A stretch of 37,643 nt of DNA, taken from the IMG/VR virus record IMGVR_UViG_3300036944_000513, positions 1-37,643 of that record; one strand, given 5' to 3'. Origin of the DNA: a virus (Duplodnaviria > Heunggongvirae > Uroviricota > Caudoviricetes). Both the position numbers and the translations under genes were made by a program. The notes beneath the pieces were generated by a model. That model ran no database searches. It saw only the letters and a program-made list of their open reading frames with translations, and was not told where the DNA came from. Positions 1-10,100 of this stretch are shown here, in pieces; positions within the stretch are counted from its first letter, which is position 1, and each line of letters opens with the position of its first letter.

Positions 1-288
1 AACCATTTTTGACATATTGGAACGAGCAACTTCATCCCATACTGCTTGTTGATTAATTCCAAGAGTGTGTTCCATGCCTTCAATTACCCATTTAAGATCG
101 GCACATGCATCTGCAACTTCCACGATATCTTCTTCATTCCATGCATACAACAATTCTTCAAACTCTTCTTTAATGAGTTTCATGTAAAGAGTTCCTTGAG
201 CAACTCTATCATATGGGATTCCGGGCGTGGTCTCAACATTTTGCTGACCCGCCAACATAAAAACTTTTACATCATCATTACTGTTCAT
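1..288 (-). CDS. MazG-like / PRA-PH-family nucleoside triphosphate pyrophosphohydrolase (partial, runs off the left edge)
   Basis: Not in the ORF track because no stop lies in the window. Manual translation from ATG at 288: MNSNDDVKVFMLAGQQNVETTPGIPYDRVAQGTLYMKLIKEEFEELLYAWNEEDIVEVADACADLKWVIEGMEHTLGINQQAVWDEVARSNMSKMV. The EExxE...ExxD..D and SNMSK motifs match all-alpha NTP pyrophosphatases. The start overlaps the thyX stop. Confidence 0.8.
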   Translation of the reverse strand, partial: MNSNDDVKVFMLAGQQNVETTPGIPYDRVAQGTLYMKLIKEEFEELLYAWNEEDIVEVADACADLKWVIEGMEHTLGINQQAVWDEVARSNMSKMV

Positions 289-943
289 TTACATACTCCA
301 TAATCATTGGAAAAATTGGTTCAATTGCGGCAGCACATGCGAGTGCAATTTCTTGATGTTCTTTCTGAGTTCCGTTTGCTGATCTAAGTTGAATGTAATG
401 AACCCATGACCGCAATGTCCCATTCATGTACATGCGAGATTTGGTATTACCTTCCGGTAAGACTGCACGGGCTTGTTCTTTTGCAATGCCATTATCAAGT
501 GCCCATTTGTATGTTTTTTGCACTTGTTCCAAAAGTTTATTTTGTTGAATTTGCCACATATCATCCAGAGTAAAGTCTGTGCTAGGTAAACTATTTTGAC
601 GATTCTTCATATCTTGAAGACGAGCATCACGAGTAACAAAACCTAGCTGAGATGCATCAGCATATCGCTGAGAAAACTCTTGGAACGAGAAGGAACGATG
701 ACGTAGAATTTGTCTAGCGATATCTCGCGTAGTATCAATCTCAAGACATACCGATACCATTTCCAGTGGGCTAAAATGCTGGTGTTTAATAAGATAACGT
801 ACCAATTTTTCAGCAGTTTCGGAATTATTTTGATTTGTTGGATTTGATACTCTTGCCGCAAATGCAACTTGCTCAAGCAAATTCATGCCATCGGGGCTCT
901 GGGAATAATTAATTAACTTCACATTCATTATATTTTCTTTCAA
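278..943 (-). CDS. thyX: Flavin-dependent thymidylate synthase ThyX
   Basis: ThyX motif RHRSFSFQEFSQRY, plus HFSPLE, EQARAVLP and LRSANGTQKEHQEIA; 221 aa. Confidence 0.96.
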   Translation of the reverse strand: MKENIMNVKLINYSQSPDGMNLLEQVAFAARVSNPTNQNNSETAEKLVRYLIKHQHFSPLEMVSVCLEIDTTRDIARQILRHRSFSFQEFSQRYADASQLGFVTRDARLQDMKNRQNSLPSTDFTLDDMWQIQQNKLLEQVQKTYKWALDNGIAKEQARAVLPEGNTKSRMYMNGTLRSWVHYIQLRSANGTQKEHQEIALACAAAIEPIFPMIMEYVNEQ

Positions 944-946
944 TTT

Positions 947-1966
947 TTAACAACGTTTCCATGCCATGAATTTAACCTTTGCAGTCAATCCACTACATGT
1001 ATTCTTCTTTATGATATTAAGTGGATCAAGTCCAGCCAATACCATATCATTTACATCTTTTTCTTCAAGTGTCTGGGGCCAAATAACTGTATTGTAGTCT
1101 TTGTTGACAATATCACCAAGTATCTTAGAAACATCTTTGTTTCTTGGTTGATTGTCTACGACTACTACCAGCTTATCCTTTGGCAATCCCAACATTTCTA
1201 TTTTGTTAAACGCAGTGCCGGTTACAGCAATTGCATTTGGTAAAAATAGACTATCAATCGGCCCCTCAACTACGTATATAGTCTTTGTAATGTCTACGTC
1301 TGCTAATCCAAAGGACAATATAGCATCTTCTTGGATTTTAATAGTTACATATCTTAAAGACTCTCCGCGCAATCCTCTACATGTAACACCAACCAATTTA
1401 CCATTGATATCATAGAATGGCAATACCAATCTTGGCTCAGAGGTTTTTAGTTTATCTTTGTATTTATCGGATAACTGCTCAATTTTCCTAATATCATCAA
1501 TAAAATAAAGAAATTTAAATTTATCTTTTGGTATTTTTCTAGCTAAACAAAACTGAACAGCTTCGTTATCTTCTGGCAGTTTATCCAGCCTATCAAATAA
1601 CTTATCAATCAACTTTTCTTCCACAAAATTAAATACAGGCGCTGCCATCTTAAACATGGACTCTGCTTTTTGGTGTGGTTGATTTGCTGGAAGACCTTCG
1701 GAATATCTCTCTAGTACATACTCTCTATATTGCAGAGAGTCAACAAACTTCAAAATTCCACCGAAATGCATTGATGCGCTACAGTTGTGGCATTTATAAT
1801 AAAGATTATTTTTTGCACTGTAGAAATACCCCCTTGCTTTGTTCGCTTTAGTCGAATCTCCGCATAGGGGACACCTACAATTATAAAGATTGGTATTCTT
1901 CTGTTTGAACAGAACTAACCTATTGCTTATGAGTTTTAGATATTTTAAATCAACGAATAGTGACAT
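947..1966 (-). CDS. gp61: T4-like DNA primase (gp61 family)
   Basis: N-terminal Zn-binding CPLCGDS...CHNC; TOPRIM motifs VVEGPIDS, DNQPRN and KDVND; 339 aa. Confidence 0.95.
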   Translation of the reverse strand: MSLFVDLKYLKLISNRLVLFKQKNTNLYNCRCPLCGDSTKANKARGYFYSAKNNLYYKCHNCSASMHFGGILKFVDSLQYREYVLERYSEGLPANQPHQKAESMFKMAAPVFNFVEEKLIDKLFDRLDKLPEDNEAVQFCLARKIPKDKFKFLYFIDDIRKIEQLSDKYKDKLKTSEPRLVLPFYDINGKLVGVTCRGLRGESLRYVTIKIQEDAILSFGLADVDITKTIYVVEGPIDSLFLPNAIAVTGTAFNKIEMLGLPKDKLVVVVDNQPRNKDVSKILGDIVNKDYNTVIWPQTLEEKDVNDMVLAGLDPLNIIKKNTCSGLTAKVKFMAWKRC

Positions 1967-1988
1967 GTAGAGCCTTATTGAAGGCGCT

Positions 1989-2017
1989 AATGTATCATAG
2001 AAAGACTAAGTTGTCAA
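1989..2017 (-). promoter_or_regulatory. Sigma70-type (early/middle) promoter upstream of primase
   Basis: The minus strand reads TTGACA (2017-2012), a 17-nt spacer ending TGA, then TACATT (1994-1989). This is a consensus -35, optimal spacing and an extended -10, in the intergenic gap 23 nt before the primase ATG. Confidence 0.75.
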
Positions 2018-2024
2018 GAAATTT

Positions 2025-2279
2025 TTAAGAAAAAAGTCCAGAAACGTGTTTTACATTGGAAAGTAGGTAGCCCAAGACTACCGATCCACCAAAAACCATC
2101 CATCTCCATTGCTCAATTACAGACAAACGAGAATCAATTTCATTGATCAAAGCCAACATTTCTTTGTGTTGTTGCTTCGAATCTTCGCGGAATTCTTGTA
2201 AAGAAATAGATAAATTCTTTAATTCATTTTGTAGCACGGCAACCTTGGTATCAGTATCAAATGATTCCATATTATTCAC
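2025..2279 (-). CDS. Small coiled-coil protein with C-terminal transmembrane segment (hypothetical; holin/XhlA-like architecture)
   Basis: Heptad-rich N-terminus followed by hydrophobic WRWMVFGGSVVLGYLL. Function is inferred from architecture only. Confidence 0.55.
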   Translation of the reverse strand: MNNMESFDTDTKVAVLQNELKNLSISLQEFREDSKQQHKEMLALINEIDSRLSVIEQWRWMVFGGSVVLGYLLSNVKHVSGLFS

Positions 2280-2532
2280 CTGTCTTCTTTACAGATTTTT
2301 TACGGGGAACCGGAACTCTTTTCTCTTCTTCCAATTTTTTAGGAAACTGACGTTTTTTTGCAGGAGTCGCTTTTTTTACTTCTGGTGCTGGGACTTGAGT
2401 TACAGCATCTGTAATTTGATCATTTACTGCGGTTGACTCTGTTTTGTGTGGTGCCGAAGGCGAAACTGGTTTATCCGTTCCACCAGTAGTTTCAAAAAAT
2501 GAAACAATTTTATTTATTAATTTCTCTAACAT
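2272..2532 (-). CDS. Hypothetical Lys/Pro-rich low-complexity protein
   Basis: 86-aa ORF co-directional with and overlapping its neighbours; basic C-terminus. Confidence 0.5.
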   Translation of the reverse strand: MLEKLINKIVSFFETTGGTDKPVSPSAPHKTESTAVNDQITDAVTQVPAPEVKKATPAKKRQFPKKLEEEKRVPVPRKKSVKKTGE

Positions 2533-3061
2533 CTGGTCTCCTAAACATTTTAAATTTATTTTTTGGTTTTATTGTTGTATTTAAAAATTCATCACCAGCG
2601 GGAGAATTTCCAATTGGTGTTGCTGCAGTATTATTTGCAGGAGCACCGTCTTCGGAAAATTGCTTAAATGTAAATAATTTTTTTTCGTTTAAATATGTAT
2701 TAACTTCTTCAATCTCAAATTCAAGATTTTCATTTAGTTTATTTTCATATTCAACCTCTACATTATTTATAGTATAATCATTTTTCATGCCTTCTTTAAC
2801 TAATGCTAAAGCGGCAGCATATGATACCAATTTTTTGTTTTCAATTGGTGTTCTTTCAATTATGCGCTTAATTCTATACACTAAACGGTGTAATAAAGTG
2901 TATGAATCACGAGTTTTGACCGTATTTAGGTCTTTCATTTTAATAAGCTCTTTGCCCTTAGCATCAATTATGCCAAACCTATACGCATCCGTTTCCACGA
3001 ATGGGGTAGTAAGCATTTTTAAAATTTTATATGCTATGACTGAATCTACAAATTTGCCCAT
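2510..3061 (-). CDS. Conserved T4-like phage hypothetical protein
   Basis: Motifs AYRFGIIDAKGK and YTLLHRLVYRIKR recall a family common in cyanophage-like T4 genomes; its start abuts the upstream stop. Confidence 0.65.
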   Translation of the reverse strand: MGKFVDSVIAYKILKMLTTPFVETDAYRFGIIDAKGKELIKMKDLNTVKTRDSYTLLHRLVYRIKRIIERTPIENKKLVSYAAALALVKEGMKNDYTINNVEVEYENKLNENLEFEIEEVNTYLNEKKLFTFKQFSEDGAPANNTAATPIGNSPAGDEFLNTTIKPKNKFKMFRRPDVREINK

Positions 3062-3450
3062 TATAGTGTTCTCAATAATTCTACGATTTCAACATCTACT
3101 GATATATCCGAATCAATTATGGATAAGTCTTTAGATATTACTATTTTTTCTGGCATGTAATTTAAAAATATCAGAAATGTTTTTAAATGAGGCCAATATT
3201 CTTTTTCTATTTTAAAAAACAGCATTTTAGTTGCTGCCTCTGAGCCAAATAAATTATAAAGTATTACGATATGATTTAAAATTAAACGTTCCCTGAGTTC
3301 TTTCCCAGCAGAATGCTTTCTCAATAATCTTTTAATATATTTGAATCTGTTTAAATCATCTAAAAATTCTGACATTCCCTTGCAAGCAGGGTTATCATAA
3401 TTTTTAATTGCATACATTTCAAAGTTTAAGTCAGTCAATTCAAAGATCAT
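3061..3450 (-). CDS. Conserved T4-like phage hypothetical protein
   Basis: YAIKNYDNPAC...EFLDDLNRFKYIKRLL...RLILNHIVILYNLFG is a pattern typical of a conserved cyanophage-like T4 family. Confidence 0.75.
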   Translation of the reverse strand: MIFELTDLNFEMYAIKNYDNPACKGMSEFLDDLNRFKYIKRLLRKHSAGKELRERLILNHIVILYNLFGSEAATKMLFFKIEKEYWPHLKTFLIFLNYMPEKIVISKDLSIIDSDISVDVEIVELLRTL

Positions 3451-3453
3451 TAA

Positions 3454-3687
3454 TTATACGACTATACGTAATTCGCCCGTCGATGTTTTATATACGGTAC
3501 TTGCAACTAAACCGGCACTCACTGCCATTGAATTATTTGCGTATGTTGGGATATTTGCAAGTTTCATATTCGCAAATAAGTTTGCAACAGTAATTTGACT
3601 GCTAGTAGTTCCATGCACAATATATAGCGCATCTGTACTGCTAACTGCTGTTACTGCTGGGAGTTCTGTTAATTTAAATTTTGCCAT
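3454..3687 (-). CDS. Small putative virion structural protein
   Basis: The N-terminus MAKFKLTEL...DALYIV...SQITVANLF mirrors that of the 12226..16053 protein. Confidence 0.6.
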   Translation of the reverse strand: MAKFKLTELPAVTAVSSTDALYIVHGTTSSQITVANLFANMKLANIPTYANNSMAVSAGLVASTVYKTSTGELRIVV

Positions 3688-3695
3688 AATTGTAT

Positions 3696-4241
3696 TTATG
3701 CTAGTGGATTAGTGGGCCAGACAACAGTATCTATACTAGAATATGTCTTTGTAATATCTCTTAGTTGCTGACGATATTCTAACACTGCAGTTAATTGCAC
3801 ATCGGTGATTGTATGAGCAATATTTAATAATGCTTCTTCTTGATGGCGCTGTAATACCCAATCAGTTGAAAATAATAAAGAATTTCTCATTATATCTAGT
3901 GTTGGAACATATGTTTGAGGTGGATTTGCCGCAAGATCATCTTTTGCAGCCTGTTTAATAATGTCAATATTTGAAATTATCCAAGCCATTTCATCTGAAT
4001 TTTGCCCACTTATACATTCCCCATTTAATCGCTCAATTGCATAAATATTTCTTTCTGGTTCATATGCCATGATTCTAATGGTTTCCATATATGGAAATCC
4101 AGTAAGTTCTGCAAATTTTTCAGTTGAAGAAAATAAATATGTAATTTCATCGAATTTACATGAAATTGAATCATTATATAAGTCTATGGATAGGTAAGTA
4201 TGAATCATAGTAATTTTTAAATTAATGGAGTTATGGAACAA
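3696..4241 (-). CDS. Tail fibre assembly chaperone-like protein
   Basis: C-terminal RNSLLFSTDW...YRQQLRDIT...VVWPTNP matches the phage tail assembly chaperone pattern; lies directly downstream of a fibre gene. Confidence 0.7.
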   Translation of the reverse strand: MFHNSINLKITMIHTYLSIDLYNDSISCKFDEITYLFSSTEKFAELTGFPYMETIRIMAYEPERNIYAIERLNGECISGQNSDEMAWIISNIDIIKQAAKDDLAANPPQTYVPTLDIMRNSLLFSTDWVLQRHQEEALLNIAHTITDVQLTAVLEYRQQLRDITKTYSSIDTVVWPTNPLA

Positions 4242-6615
4242 ATTTTATAAATGCTAGTTTTATATGTGCAGGTAAATAATCAGAAGTGGCAGTTGGTGTT
4301 CCGGATATTATATGAGTATGACTGGCGCTATATGTAAGATGTGAGCCAAAATTTGGACCGGCATCATATGTATACGTCTGTACAGGTCCATAATGGGAGT
4401 GAGTCCATGTTGAATTGGAAAGAGATCCCAGAGAAGCAGGGAAAGTATAATTAACAAGGGATTCTTGGCCGTGAGTCTGTCCAGTTGTTGCATGACCGAA
4501 AAAATAATTTCTCATATCAACTGTACCATTTGTTCCGTCGCATATTTTCCAATATGAAGGCAACAAAGATAAATCACCACAATACATCAATATATCATTT
4601 GTACATAAAATAGTAGAAGTTGCGTCATCCCATATTGACAATAATTTTCCTGCCAATGAATCTAAATATATGGTAAGAGATGAAGGAGCATGGGTATGCG
4701 ATCTAAGATCTGGAGTAGCTCCACGTGTTGCACCAAGTTGACTTGCAGTATATAATTGTTCAGATGGATAAACTTGCAAATCAACATTATGGCTATGTGC
4801 GCCGCCGCCGTAGCCGGTAGAAATTGTAGAAGATGCACCAACCTGTGCAGAAAGAGCGTGTCCTAAATTATACCCAACAATATATTTATTTCCAGCTACA
4901 GTTGTAGCTAGATCGATTGAACTATTTAAAGATCGAGAAGTTTCATTTATAAATTTAGTATTTGGCGGAAAACGTTTTTGATCGGAAATAGCTCTCAATA
5001 ATGTAAACTTACTTTTTGCTGGAATTGGATTTCCGGTAATTGCTGACGCAGATAATACATGGGTATGATCTCCATCAATATCGTTGTATATGTAAGCACT
5101 ATATGCAGATCCACGCCCCTGTAAAGTTGTTGTATTATTTACGTGGGCACCGGCAATACTTGCAGTTAATCCACTGACACTAATGCTTGTAGATCCAGAT
5201 TCAGCAACAATAGTTCCAATTTCACCTTGAGTGGCAGTTCCCTTAATAAATTTATCAGTTGCATCGGCAAAAAATTCCCACTCATAATAATTTGGATCTG
5301 CTCCATTATACAATATTATACTGTCTTTTGGAATAATATACTGAGTAGAAGTTGGGGGAGCTACGACTTCTCCAATCCCAGAAGCAATATTAACTACACC
5401 TGAAATTGCCCCACTGTTTGACCCAAACTCGGAATAATATGTTTTGCCATTTCCAATAATTACATATCCACCCACGCCCCCAATTTGTGGTGCTCGTATG
5501 CCACTTATTAATGGGGTAGTATTTTGTATAGTAGTACATGATTGGCGAATTAATAACCCATTTGCACCAAGAAGCCCCGAGCCTGCGCTTTGACCATATA
5601 TCCCACCATGACTACTATTTCCCCCTTTACCAGAAATAGAACCTAGATTTCCTGCACTGCCTACATTATAATTTATTGCTAATTGAGCATATCCTGCCCC
5701 CGGCGAATATGCGCCCGGATCACCGCCCACCCCATAATTAACTATAATCGACCCAGCATTATTATACAAAAACCCGTTTGCACCATAGCCCCCGCGACCA
5801 CCAGCGCCGCCGCCAGCAAGTAATTCTCCAAAATTAACTACCTGCAATGTTCCATCAATAGAACTAGGCATATTTATTACATTTCCACCATTAACTGCAC
5901 CACTTTTTCCCGGAGCACCCATAATTACGCCATAGTTTACTAAGTCTATGTTTCCTGTCCATGAAACGGTTACTTGAATTGGGGATGACGTAGATGTAGT
6001 AGCACCAATTAACACATCTGTATTAGCAATCGCTTTTTTGCTATTTATTTTATCTAGGTCAGTAGAAAATAAAGTAGTTAAGTTTACTCCGGAACTGGAA
6101 TTAGAAAGATATTTTATAATTTTAAATTCTTTATTTGCGAATTCAGAAAAAGATCTTTGTACACCGGTTGCAGTTGCAGCTACACCAGATTCACCACCAG
6201 AATAGAGTCTAATTTTACTATTGGTCGTTGTTGAATTAAATTCCGTTGCAATATCCCGCAAAGATATATTAGATACAGGAATAGATCGTCTGATATGGGT
6301 GGAATTAATAAATCCAAAGCTAATAATATCGCTTAAACTTGGACTGGAATTTATTTTAACTAGTAATGCTGCTGCGCGTCTGGCAATCGTGGTGCTAACA
6401 GACGATCCCGATACAATATTATTAATACTAATTGAATCAGCATTAATAATATCACCCCCATGTTCAGATAGATCCCCGTAAAAATATCCAGAATCATCAG
6501 CAGTACGAAGAATATTCAATATTGCAGTCTCTCCTGCATTTGCTGGAGTAAATCCAACAAGATATCGTGTTATTGCGGTGCCAGTGGTTACATTAAATGA
6601 TAATGACTGATTCAT
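4231..6615 (-). CDS. Tail fibre/adhesin: gp38-like glycine-rich domain plus two collar-like domains and HxH motifs
   Basis: gp38-like NIDLVNYGVIMGAPGKSG...LQVVNFGELLAGGGAGGRGG; collar-like IPKDSIILYNG and ILMYCGDLSLLPSYWKICDGTNGTVDMRN; five HxH motifs (HTH, HSH, HTH, HSH, HTH). Confidence 0.7.
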   Translation of the reverse strand: MNQSLSFNVTTGTAITRYLVGFTPANAGETAILNILRTADDSGYFYGDLSEHGGDIINADSISINNIVSGSSVSTTIARRAAALLVKINSSPSLSDIISFGFINSTHIRRSIPVSNISLRDIATEFNSTTTNSKIRLYSGGESGVAATATGVQRSFSEFANKEFKIIKYLSNSSSGVNLTTLFSTDLDKINSKKAIANTDVLIGATTSTSSPIQVTVSWTGNIDLVNYGVIMGAPGKSGAVNGGNVINMPSSIDGTLQVVNFGELLAGGGAGGRGGYGANGFLYNNAGSIIVNYGVGGDPGAYSPGAGYAQLAINYNVGSAGNLGSISGKGGNSSHGGIYGQSAGSGLLGANGLLIRQSCTTIQNTTPLISGIRAPQIGGVGGYVIIGNGKTYYSEFGSNSGAISGVVNIASGIGEVVAPPTSTQYIIPKDSIILYNGADPNYYEWEFFADATDKFIKGTATQGEIGTIVAESGSTSISVSGLTASIAGAHVNNTTTLQGRGSAYSAYIYNDIDGDHTHVLSASAITGNPIPAKSKFTLLRAISDQKRFPPNTKFINETSRSLNSSIDLATTVAGNKYIVGYNLGHALSAQVGASSTISTGYGGGAHSHNVDLQVYPSEQLYTASQLGATRGATPDLRSHTHAPSSLTIYLDSLAGKLLSIWDDATSTILCTNDILMYCGDLSLLPSYWKICDGTNGTVDMRNYFFGHATTGQTHGQESLVNYTFPASLGSLSNSTWTHSHYGPVQTYTYDAGPNFGSHLTYSASHTHIISGTPTATSDYLPAHIKLAFIKFVP

Positions 6616-6642
6616 AATTTGTATTCAATATTCAACAAAATA

Positions 6643-7161
6643 TTAAACTAATCTAAAGTATCTTACGTCGATATATGAATTTGATATGCTATTAGACGTA
6701 AAAGTCAATACATTACCCGATACCGTATAATCAACATTTGGCGCAGCAACCAACCCATTAACATGGACAAAAATATTAGCGGGGCCACTAACCGTTCTAT
6801 TCATTATAAATGTTGTATTTGTACCATCACCGGTAAATGATTGATTCTCAAAAATTCCAGAAACTAACGCAATAATAGTATTTGCATTTGTGGAAAGGGA
6901 AATTGTTCCATCCGTTATAATAACGCCGCTACCAGCAGTAAATGCTGCTCTTGCTCTATCATTGGAGAAGTATAAATTTAATCCCTCGGCGATTGAAGAA
7001 GATGTTACTGTCGAGGCAATTTTTGAAGATGTGACAGAATTATCTGCAATTTTCGCAGTAGTAACTGATGAATTGGCGAGACTATTACTAGTTACTGCTC
7101 CAATCGCTATATTATTAGATTCTACTAATCCAAGTGATCCAAGTCGTGCTCTAGAAACCAT
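6643..7161 (-). CDS. Putative virion structural protein (fibre repeat plus C-terminal beta module)
   Basis: SVTTAKIADNSVTSSKIA repeat, NLYFSNDRARAAFTAG motif, and an FTGDGTNTTF...VHVNG...DYTVSGNVLTF module. Confidence 0.65.
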   Translation of the reverse strand: MVSRARLGSLGLVESNNIAIGAVTSNSLANSSVTTAKIADNSVTSSKIASTVTSSSIAEGLNLYFSNDRARAAFTAGSGVIITDGTISLSTNANTIIALVSGIFENQSFTGDGTNTTFIMNRTVSGPANIFVHVNGLVAAPNVDYTVSGNVLTFTSNSISNSYIDVRYFRLV

Positions 7162-7178
7162 TATTGCTCCGAAATATT

Positions 7179-10100
7179 TTATTTAGTATTTATTTGTTGC
7201 TTTAAGGTGTCAACTTCTGACTTCAATTCCTTAATTGCCTGAATTAATAACGGAATAATTTTTTCATATTTTACCGCCTTATAACCAGTATCACGAGTAG
7301 TTACTACCTGTGGCAATACTGCTTCAATTTCTTGAGCAATAACACCAATGTCATTATACGTTCTATCTGGATACATTGCAAGTGCTGCATCATTCCAATC
7401 AAAAGATACGCCATTAATGTCATCAAGTTTAATTAATGCATTAGTAATTACATGGATATTAGTCTTTAGATTTCTATCAGATGAATAGAATGCAGTAATG
7501 TCATTGGTTGCACGAATTTCGCCCGCAAGTCCAGATGCAGCAGTACCAACACCTAAAGAGGATACTTGAAGATCAGTTGCAGTTCCAACTACCGATGAAG
7601 ATGAAATTCTACCATTGGCTTCAATTACAATGCCGGAACCAGCAATTAATGCATCCTTAATATCAACATTTGATACTCTGGTATATGTAATTACACCAGT
7701 CGAGCTATTGTATGCTACATTACCATAACCCTTTGTGCCAGTAACATTGGCATTAGTAACACTAATTGCACTTCTAGCACCGGTATCAGAAAAGGCGGTT
7801 AAGGTTGAAAGAATTTGACCGTTAGCTTCAATTACAATACCATTACCAGCAGACAATGCAGATTTAATGTCGGCATTGGAGACACGAGTATATGTAATTA
7901 CGCCAGTGCTACTATTGTATGCAATGTTACCATACCCAAGTTTATTTACAACATTTGCATTAGTAACACTAATTGCACTTCTAGCGCCAGTATCGGTGAA
8001 TGCAGTCAAGGTAGATAAAATTTGACCATTGGCTTCAATTACGATGCCGTTTCCAGCAGACAATGCGCCTTTAATATCTGCATTAGAAACACGAGTATAT
8101 GTAATTACACCAGTTGAACTATCATATGCAATGTTACCATACCCAAGTTTATTAACAACATTGGCATTATTTACTCCAATTGCACTTCTAGCGCCAGTAT
8201 CGGTGAATGCAGTTAAAGTCGAAAGAATTTGACCATTGGCTTCAAGTACAATTCCATTACCAGCAGACAATGCAGATTTAATATCGGCATTTGATACTCT
8301 GGTGTATGTAATTACGCCCGTTCCACTATCATAAGTCAAATTACCATATCCAAGTTTATTAACAACATTGGCATTAGCAACGCTTATTGACCCTCTAGCA
8401 TTTGTATCACTGTACGAAGTAGCAGATGTAGCAATAGTTCCATCTGCCGCAATGGTAATTCCACTTCCAGCTTTCAATGCATCCTTAATATCAACATTTG
8501 AAACACGAGTATATGTGATTACTCCGGTTCCGCTATCATAGGATACATTCCCATAACCTTTTGTTCCAGCAACGTTTGCACTGGTAGCACTTATTGACTC
8601 TCTAGCACCAGTATTAGTGAAAGTAGTTAGAGTAGATAAAATTTGACCGTTAGCTTCAATTACAATACCATTACCAGCAGACAATGCATCTTTAATATCA
8701 ACATTTGATACTCTAGTGTATGTGATTACACCAGTGCTACTATTATATGCTACATTACCATAACCTTTTGTGCCAACAACGTTTGCATTATTTACGCTAA
8801 GTTTACTTCTGATTGTGCCATCTGTTGCCGAAATAATATCGGTAGAAATTACGCCAGTTGACTGAACATAACTTATACCACTTCCGTTGGAAATAGCGGC
8901 TCTTGCTCTAGAATTACTAAAATATAAAAATCCATCAGAATTAAATTCCGCGACATTCGCAGTAATCAATGATACTGCCCCAGTTTGAGCATTAACCGAA
9001 GTAACTGGGTATATAATTGCAACATTTGTCGCAGAAGAAATAATACCGTTTGCGCCAACTATAAACGAAGGAACAATGGTTGCATTTCCATACCCGCCAG
9101 CCGTTACTCCACTAGTTGGAATATTTGCGCCAACATCACTTGCAGAAAGTCCGCCCGTAGACGCGATTACACCATCGGTAATGGTAATATTATCACCGGC
9201 AGTAAATGCTGCTCTTGCTCTTGCATTAGAGAAGTATACATTTCCAGCAGTAGTATTACCAGATTCAATTACATTTCCGGTATACAATATTATAACGCCA
9301 GTTTTTCCATTGACAGATTTTACATTTGCGGTAATTGTGCCGTCTGTGCCAATGCCAATTCCATTGCCAGCAGTAAATGCTGCTCTCGCCCTAGCATTGT
9401 TAAAGAACACATTGCCGGAGGTAGTATTGCCATCTTCATATACATTTGATGCATCAATTGCACCCTGCAACTTTCCACCATTTAAAACTGAACTGGAAAT
9501 TGTACCTGTTCCAGAAATTGAAATTCCAGTTCCACCAGTTAATGCATAGATTGCACGAGTATTGGTAAAGTATAGGTTAGAGCCTTCATGCACATTACTC
9601 GTGTTAATATTATCTCTTACAGCAGCAATTGCTCGTACATTAGTAAAGTATACATTAGAAGTTAAATTTGAACCTTCTGGGATACTATCTGTTATAAATG
9701 TGGGGTTGTTTGCTTGCTGAACATTAGAATTTGTTATTGATAATCCACCGTTCGCGCTTTGACTTAATTTCAATGTTCCAATGTTAAGAGTGCTTCCAGT
9801 CAACCACACATCGCGCCATGGTCTTGTAGGGCTACCAAGATCATATACTCCGGCGGCAGCAGGAATAATATTTCCAGTTACCAGAGTTGCAGTATTTGCA
9901 ATATCAGCAATCACTCCTGATGTTACACCAGTTAAAGATGAAGATATTACTCCAGTATTACTAATTGCTACCCCAGTTCCTGCAGTAAATGCTGAAATTG
10001 CACGGGTATTTGTAAAGTATACATTTCCGGTAGTAGTATTACCAGATTCAACTATATCATTTGCAGATAAAATAACTTGCCCAATTCTTCCTGCAACACT

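Noticed and set aside
278-1966. Introns or inteins in thyX or primase
   Set aside because: Both proteins are of ordinary length with contiguous motifs and no homing-endonuclease or splicing signatures.
7600-8830. CRISPR-like array
   Set aside because: The units are fully repeated in-frame coding sequence with no unique spacers, and no cas genes are present. The same applies to 33240-33420.
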